A stretch of 64,000 bases of DNA from Owenia fusiformis (Eukaryota). This document shows positions 50,843 through 64,000 of this stretch, piece by piece. The notes beneath the pieces are model-generated. The model was given only the letters and a program-made list of their open reading frames with translations. It was not told the origin of the DNA and ran no database searches. Both the position numbers and the translations under genes were made by a program. Each line of letters begins with the position of its first letter. Positions within the stretch are counted from its first letter, which is position 1. The stretch lies in the NCBI GenBank assembly GCA_903813345.2, contig CAIIXF020000001.1, forward strand, positions 48,050,001 through 48,114,000, written 5' to 3'.

Positions 50843-51070
50843 CAGGGCTCTCGCCAGGCTTTTAGACTGTGGCGCGGCACCACACTCTATTTAGCTCCCT
50901 CCACACCCCATTGGCAAATCATGACTGTTTCCACAGTCTAAACTTGACTGAATATACAATAATAGCATGTAAAAAGGATAAAACATAACATAAATATGAT
51001 TTATCACAATTGAACGGTCATTCTGAAGATGTTAGCACCACACCCTAAATATTTCCTGGTGAGAGCCCTG
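50843..51070. mobile_element. MITE, CAGGGCTCTC[G/A]CCAGG TIRs, 5-bp TSD (hAT5-like)
   Basis: TSD atatg at 50838-50842 and 51071-51075. Confidence 0.85.
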
Positions 51071-51723
51071 ATATGTAATATTCAAGCATAACCTAGAATG
51101 CTTCTTTTTAGAAACACTTTTTTAGAAATTACCAGTACATGTATTTACATTTTATGGGATAGGATAGATGCTGCTGACTGTGGGTTATTTACATATATTA
51201 TTTTGGCAGAATAAATAATTAAAATATTTCAATTAAAATGTTGATGACATTACCAATAACTATGTGGCATTTTGGGACATGTCAATGTAGTTGTTTTTAT
51301 TCATTGTTAGTATGATCTTGTATCCTATAGCTATTTGATAAGACAAAATACACAATCACAATACCAACTAGAAAAAGCAACTCCTTGGAGTACTCCAATA
51401 AACAAAATATGTTAGATCATCAGACAATATCATGTTTCTAAATAAACTGCTACTCATATTTGAGTTAATACCCCAACTTAACTATACCTCTACAAAACAA
51501 TTGTTCATTGGGATGGAGAATAAAAATCATAATTTGTCTCGCAAAAACGACCACTTTGAGATCGTATAGAGCCAAAGGTGATCAGAGTCTTACCTAAATA
51601 GATTCAACAAGGCATTAACATGCAAATTGTCACAATCTGCCATTTGTTACAGATGCCATATCATTTGTCACAGAAAACAAATGCCGATCACCATGCACAA
51701 AAAAAGTTGGAGACTCTAACAAT

Positions 51724-52181
51724 TAGTGTTGTCACAATTAATCGATACATCGCGATATACATGGCCAAAATGATTCTGGTGATGCATCGATGTCTGAAAT
51801 AAAACATCGATGTTTTTAAAAAAATAAAATCTTTTCTTATCTCATTTTGACATATTAAATGTTTTACTTTTCTTATTGCTTAGTTCATTTTCTAATAATG
51901 TTCTCCGATATTTTTTCACTATAAAATTGTTTTAGTTTGCCAAAATGAACAAATGACCTCCAACTTTTACTTTTTACTTTTTCCCTACACTGTTCCCAGA
52001 AATACGAAGTACTTTTATTTGTTACGTTCAGTATTTTAATGCATTTGCAATTTTGCGTTCGATATTTTAGAGCACTTTTTCTCCATCCTTTCCCCGATGC
52101 ACATTGCGATGTGCATCAATGTTTTCTCCAGAAAATTGCCAATGCATCGATGTACGATTATGGCACATCGCGACAATACTA
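51724..52181. mobile_element. hAT-like non-autonomous element, TAG termini, 8-bp TSD, ATCGAT-rich subtermini
   Basis: TAGTGTTGTC..GACAATACTA; TSD ctaacaat / ataacaat. A partial second copy (right end) lies at ~17850-18034. Confidence 0.8.
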
Positions 52182-55100
52182 ATAACAATATGTCACATAA
52201 TAATATAGCTGCATTGTTGTTTTCAAGTTATCTTTCCACCAAATATGACGAAAATATGTCTACTCGGGTAATTGGTATTCAAGTTATCTTCCGAACTTGA
52301 ACAGACAGACAGAAGCTTCACTATCTCTCTACCAAACTTCGTTCATTGGGATAATAAGGTCGGTCCAGACTAGGTTTAACTTGTTGAAGTAGACTTCCTC
52401 GTGCTATCTCGTGCCATTTCTATCTGGTGACAAAAAAATCACACCTGGCTCAGGACCTACATCCGTGTGCTAGCTTTATTGAATATATACATATGATATA
52501 CAGTATTTTGAATAAACCGTAGGGCCCTGACTTATTCTTATGACAAATTATAAGTAACAAAGTTGATTCAAGTAATTTGCAGATCACAGGTAAAATTCCA
52601 GGTGAAGCTGAAAGTGAGATTTCATTGAAAAATTGTGCGAATTTACAGTCTGATTTCCGAGAGATATTCAAGCACATCGTATTGAAAAAATACATTAATA
52701 CATACCTGTGTCATTCCTTAAGGGAGAGTCGTCAGAATAATATGTATAGTACCGGTAATAGGAGGCGAATTTTCTACTTTCTGTTGCATATTTCAGAGAA
52801 AAAACTTTTTCATGTTTTTAAACCATTCAAAACGAGGTTACACTGAACGAAATGTTTATGATGGGACAGTATTCCCCGGGAATAACTTGAGTAATGAGAA
52901 CTCAACTAATCTGATCTTAGTGATATGTGAATCGAATAGACAGATATACTTATCAAATGCATGTTATCCGAACATGTGTTTGGTCAGTGTGATAATGTAC
53001 TTTAAATCATAAACTGCTTAGCATAACAACCCCTATATTGTAACCACAAGACCCTCAGTGTCCTCAATTCAGTAACCAACTCAGCTGCATGTAAAACTTG
53101 ACAGGTATTCTAATATCCATATGATATGTTCTCATACCGTCCAGTCAATTGTGTGATATGCCAGAACACATTAAAAATGACCCACTCATCATATCTCATC
53201 TAAAACATAGAATAAAAGCCATATCATTGCTTGAAATGGCCTCAATAAGAAAACTAATTTCGCAAAAAATAATCATAATCCAGTGATAGTTTGTTATGAA
53301 AATTCACTGACATACCAAATTACAAAATATATGCCCATGCTATCATCTATGAATGGAGATCCCTTTTAAACAATAATTACAAGATTTGAGTTTATTGATT
53401 GATCAAATGTACAGGGTGATAAAAAATGGCAACACTGCATTTTCCCCATATCTTTGTCATTTTAAGAAAATTACTCCTTGATATTTCAGATGTTTGAACA
53501 TCATTAAACCTACCATCCTACCAGATTTCATTACCATTGAAAGTCACAATACTACAGCACTTCCAACAACATGCTCCAGGTGTGGCCATCATAGCACGAG
53601 TTGTTGGCACTCTATATTTTGGATGATGTATGCAGGTTTGCCTACAGCGCAATATTGGTCACTGGGGCATGTTGTTAAAAAGTGCTTTAACATTGTGACT
53701 ATCAGTTTGATTGTCATGAAATATGGTAGGATGGTGCACAAAAATGCTAAATATCTGGGATTATATCCCAAGACATGTAAAATGATAAAGATATGAGGAA
53801 GACAGTGGCAGGTTGGTGCTGTCTTTTTGCCAAGTCAAGTTATTATTATAATCTGAACAGTCTGACAGGATCTTAATGACCCCAAAAGCTGTTGTCATTG
53901 AAGTTTAAAAGTTAAATTAGGGCCAGCTATTATGATGCCATATCGACAATTTTGAGTGGCTTTCCGATGAACCTACATGTATTTTGAAACATAAAAGGAT
54001 AACCAATTAGAGAAGCAGCATGAAGATATTAAAAAGGGTAAAGGTTACCGATGGGGGTTTATAAAATGTGATATATAATAGCTGTAAAAAATAAAGGCTT
54101 TAGTAGGTGAAGATTCAAACAAATTCAGTATAGCCAGAATAAACCCCATACAGAGATGACCCAAAGATCTAGAATCCAACAAAAGATTCATACATATATT
54201 TGTATCAATGTTTTATTTACATTTTTACACATACAATCATACATAAATTGTATTAGCTCTTCTGAATATATTATGATGCCTATACAGGACATATACAAGA
54301 AATATGTTATACAAAAATTCATACATAATTACATACATTTATTTACATATCATAATTTTATACATGTATATATAAAAGGACTTATAAGACTAGAGCAGAT
54401 TTACAACAGAGCACAGCTGCTTGTAGAAGATGTACATTCATAAAAAGCAAGAATTCAAGTGATGCAAACTATGTTAAATCAATGACTACAAAAGCATAAG
54501 TTTACAAAATTAAATTGCAATTTGGAACGATTTAAAGTACAGACTACAGCATATGTGCATGATCATGAGAATTCTGACATTTGAGAAAATCGAAATACAA
54601 GTATCGTTATGTACATCTTATAGTATACTTTGTATCATTGTATTTCTATAGAGAACTACTCATACAAGCATTTGTATTTGTACTCAACAAAGGAACATAT
54701 GAACCTATGGTGAGTTAGGATTGTGCCAAATATTTTTGTACACCACCTTTAAAGAACAGCTATGGGATTGACAATGGGATAGGGTTAATGTTAATGGATA
54801 GAGTTACTGTTAATGGGATAATGGTATCTGTTAATGGGATAAAGGTTACTGTTCTTGGATAAAAATACTGATTTGGGAACTATTAACCGCATTCATATAT
54901 GTAGTAATTGTCACCTATTGAATAAATATGATATTCCTCAAAAGTCTAGAATATCTTATCATAACCAATGGTATTCACGACAACACCAGCTTATTAGATA
55001 ACGGTTCCAATTACATTGTTTTAAGTTTAATAAAAGGGCGACAGAAAAATACCAAAACTGGAATAGCCATCAGATAAAAGAGACAGGGAGCAAATTTTCT

Positions 55101-55894
55101 GAAAATTGTGTCAATTTCAGAATTACATTTTTTATCTCAAATAAACTGATAAAAACACAAAAGCACATTCTTATCTATTCTTTCTTATCATTACCTATTT
55201 TCTAAAATAAACTGGAATAACATTTTTTCAACTGTGAAGAAGCTGTTTACGTGTGTATTTACAAACAATAACAACACAGCAAATATGTGTTTCTGTTGTT
55301 CAGAAAAGATAATAAAACATCAACCCTATCGAACAAATCAACTTGAATCTCCTGGTGATAAGGTTATCACATCTCATTCAATGACCATGTGTATCTAGAT
55401 TAGACTTTTACTGAGGGGCATCCCTATTAAAAACAGCAAGAGAAATAGACAATCATTCATTGTCATTTAGTCTATAGAACTGGTAGATTGTAAAAAATCT
55501 TTAGCCTTTGCATGGTGAACCTCTAGTTTGTATCCATTTTACAGCTCATAAGGTTTTGCACTTATGTACTTATTGAGAGTTGTAGGTGATTCTTCACCCT
55601 TTTATACTATTCCCTCTTGTCTGACTAGTTGAACATTGACAGCGCTGCATGCAACTGTTAAAATATACTTATGATGACTCCACATGGGTCCTGATGGCAA
55701 TGGTCAATAATTATAAAATTAGGTCGCTTTGTGAATTATCCATTGCATGATATCAAGAACTGATCATTTGAAAAATATTTATAATCGAATCACTGCAACA
55801 TAATTGAATCTCATAATAAGACACCTCCATATCTTGATTATCTCATATTGCTTTAACTTTACATTCTAGGTTCCATCTTAGCACCAAACATTGA

Positions 55895-63627
<7,733 letters not shown>

Positions 63628-64000
63628 TTAATATGTACAAAGTATAGTTACAGTATGTATTTAGAAACCAAGAAAGTAACAGGAACAAGGCACAGACGTG
63701 AGCAATATCATACCTAAATCACAGCATTGTGGTCTTGTTGACCAAGAAAGCAAGATGGCCGCAGAAAAGTTAATCAGCTCTAGAACTTATCACTGTGTAA
63801 CATATGTAAAAAGTTGAACGGTTTGGCTGGAAACCTGTAGACAAGCCTCGATAGACAAGATTTTAGGACGGAAAATCTAAAATGGCAGCCTTAACATTTA
63901 CCCAGAATGCTCAAAAACTAATCAGTTCTTGACATTGATATGTAGAAACATCCCTGAAAATTTCAGATGAATCCCTCAAATGGTTTGGCTGGAAACCTGA

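Noticed and set aside
46200..54100. Candidate SSX2IP 5' UTR exons/promoter (e.g. donor near 52704) and many 60-100 aa ORFs
   Set aside because: Several plausible donors and no way to choose without transcripts; the short ORFs show AT-rich random composition or lie in repeats.

Overview
AT-rich, intron-containing eukaryotic (metazoan, probably invertebrate) genomic DNA; the organism cannot be fixed from the sequence. I reconstructed five spliced genes from GT-AG boundaries and codon phase: AGL glycogen debranching enzyme (minus, runs off the left edge), CCDC130/YJU2B (plus, head-to-head with AGL), an ADP/ATP carrier (minus), SSX2IP/ADIP (minus) and the 3' half of FAK/PTK2 (minus, runs off the right edge). 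AGL introns carry two plus-strand passengers: an intronless heparan-sulfate 3-O-sulfotransferase-like ORF with a remodelled active site, and a 5'-truncated RLE non-LTR retrotransposon bounded by an unusually long (~38-45 bp) direct repeat. Introns and intergenic DNA hold many non-autonomous DNA transposons with readable TIRs and TSDs (2, 5, 7, 8 and 9 bp), some nested. Other points of note: a near-palindromic AGL/CCDC130 bidirectional promoter with inverted Staf/ZNF143-like sites, a tandemly amplified splice donor in AGL, a fungal/plant-type ADP/ATP carrier, and four unrelated elements sharing 5-bp TSDs. I found no clear-cut new multi-gene system. No searches were run, so family assignments rest on recalled motifs.
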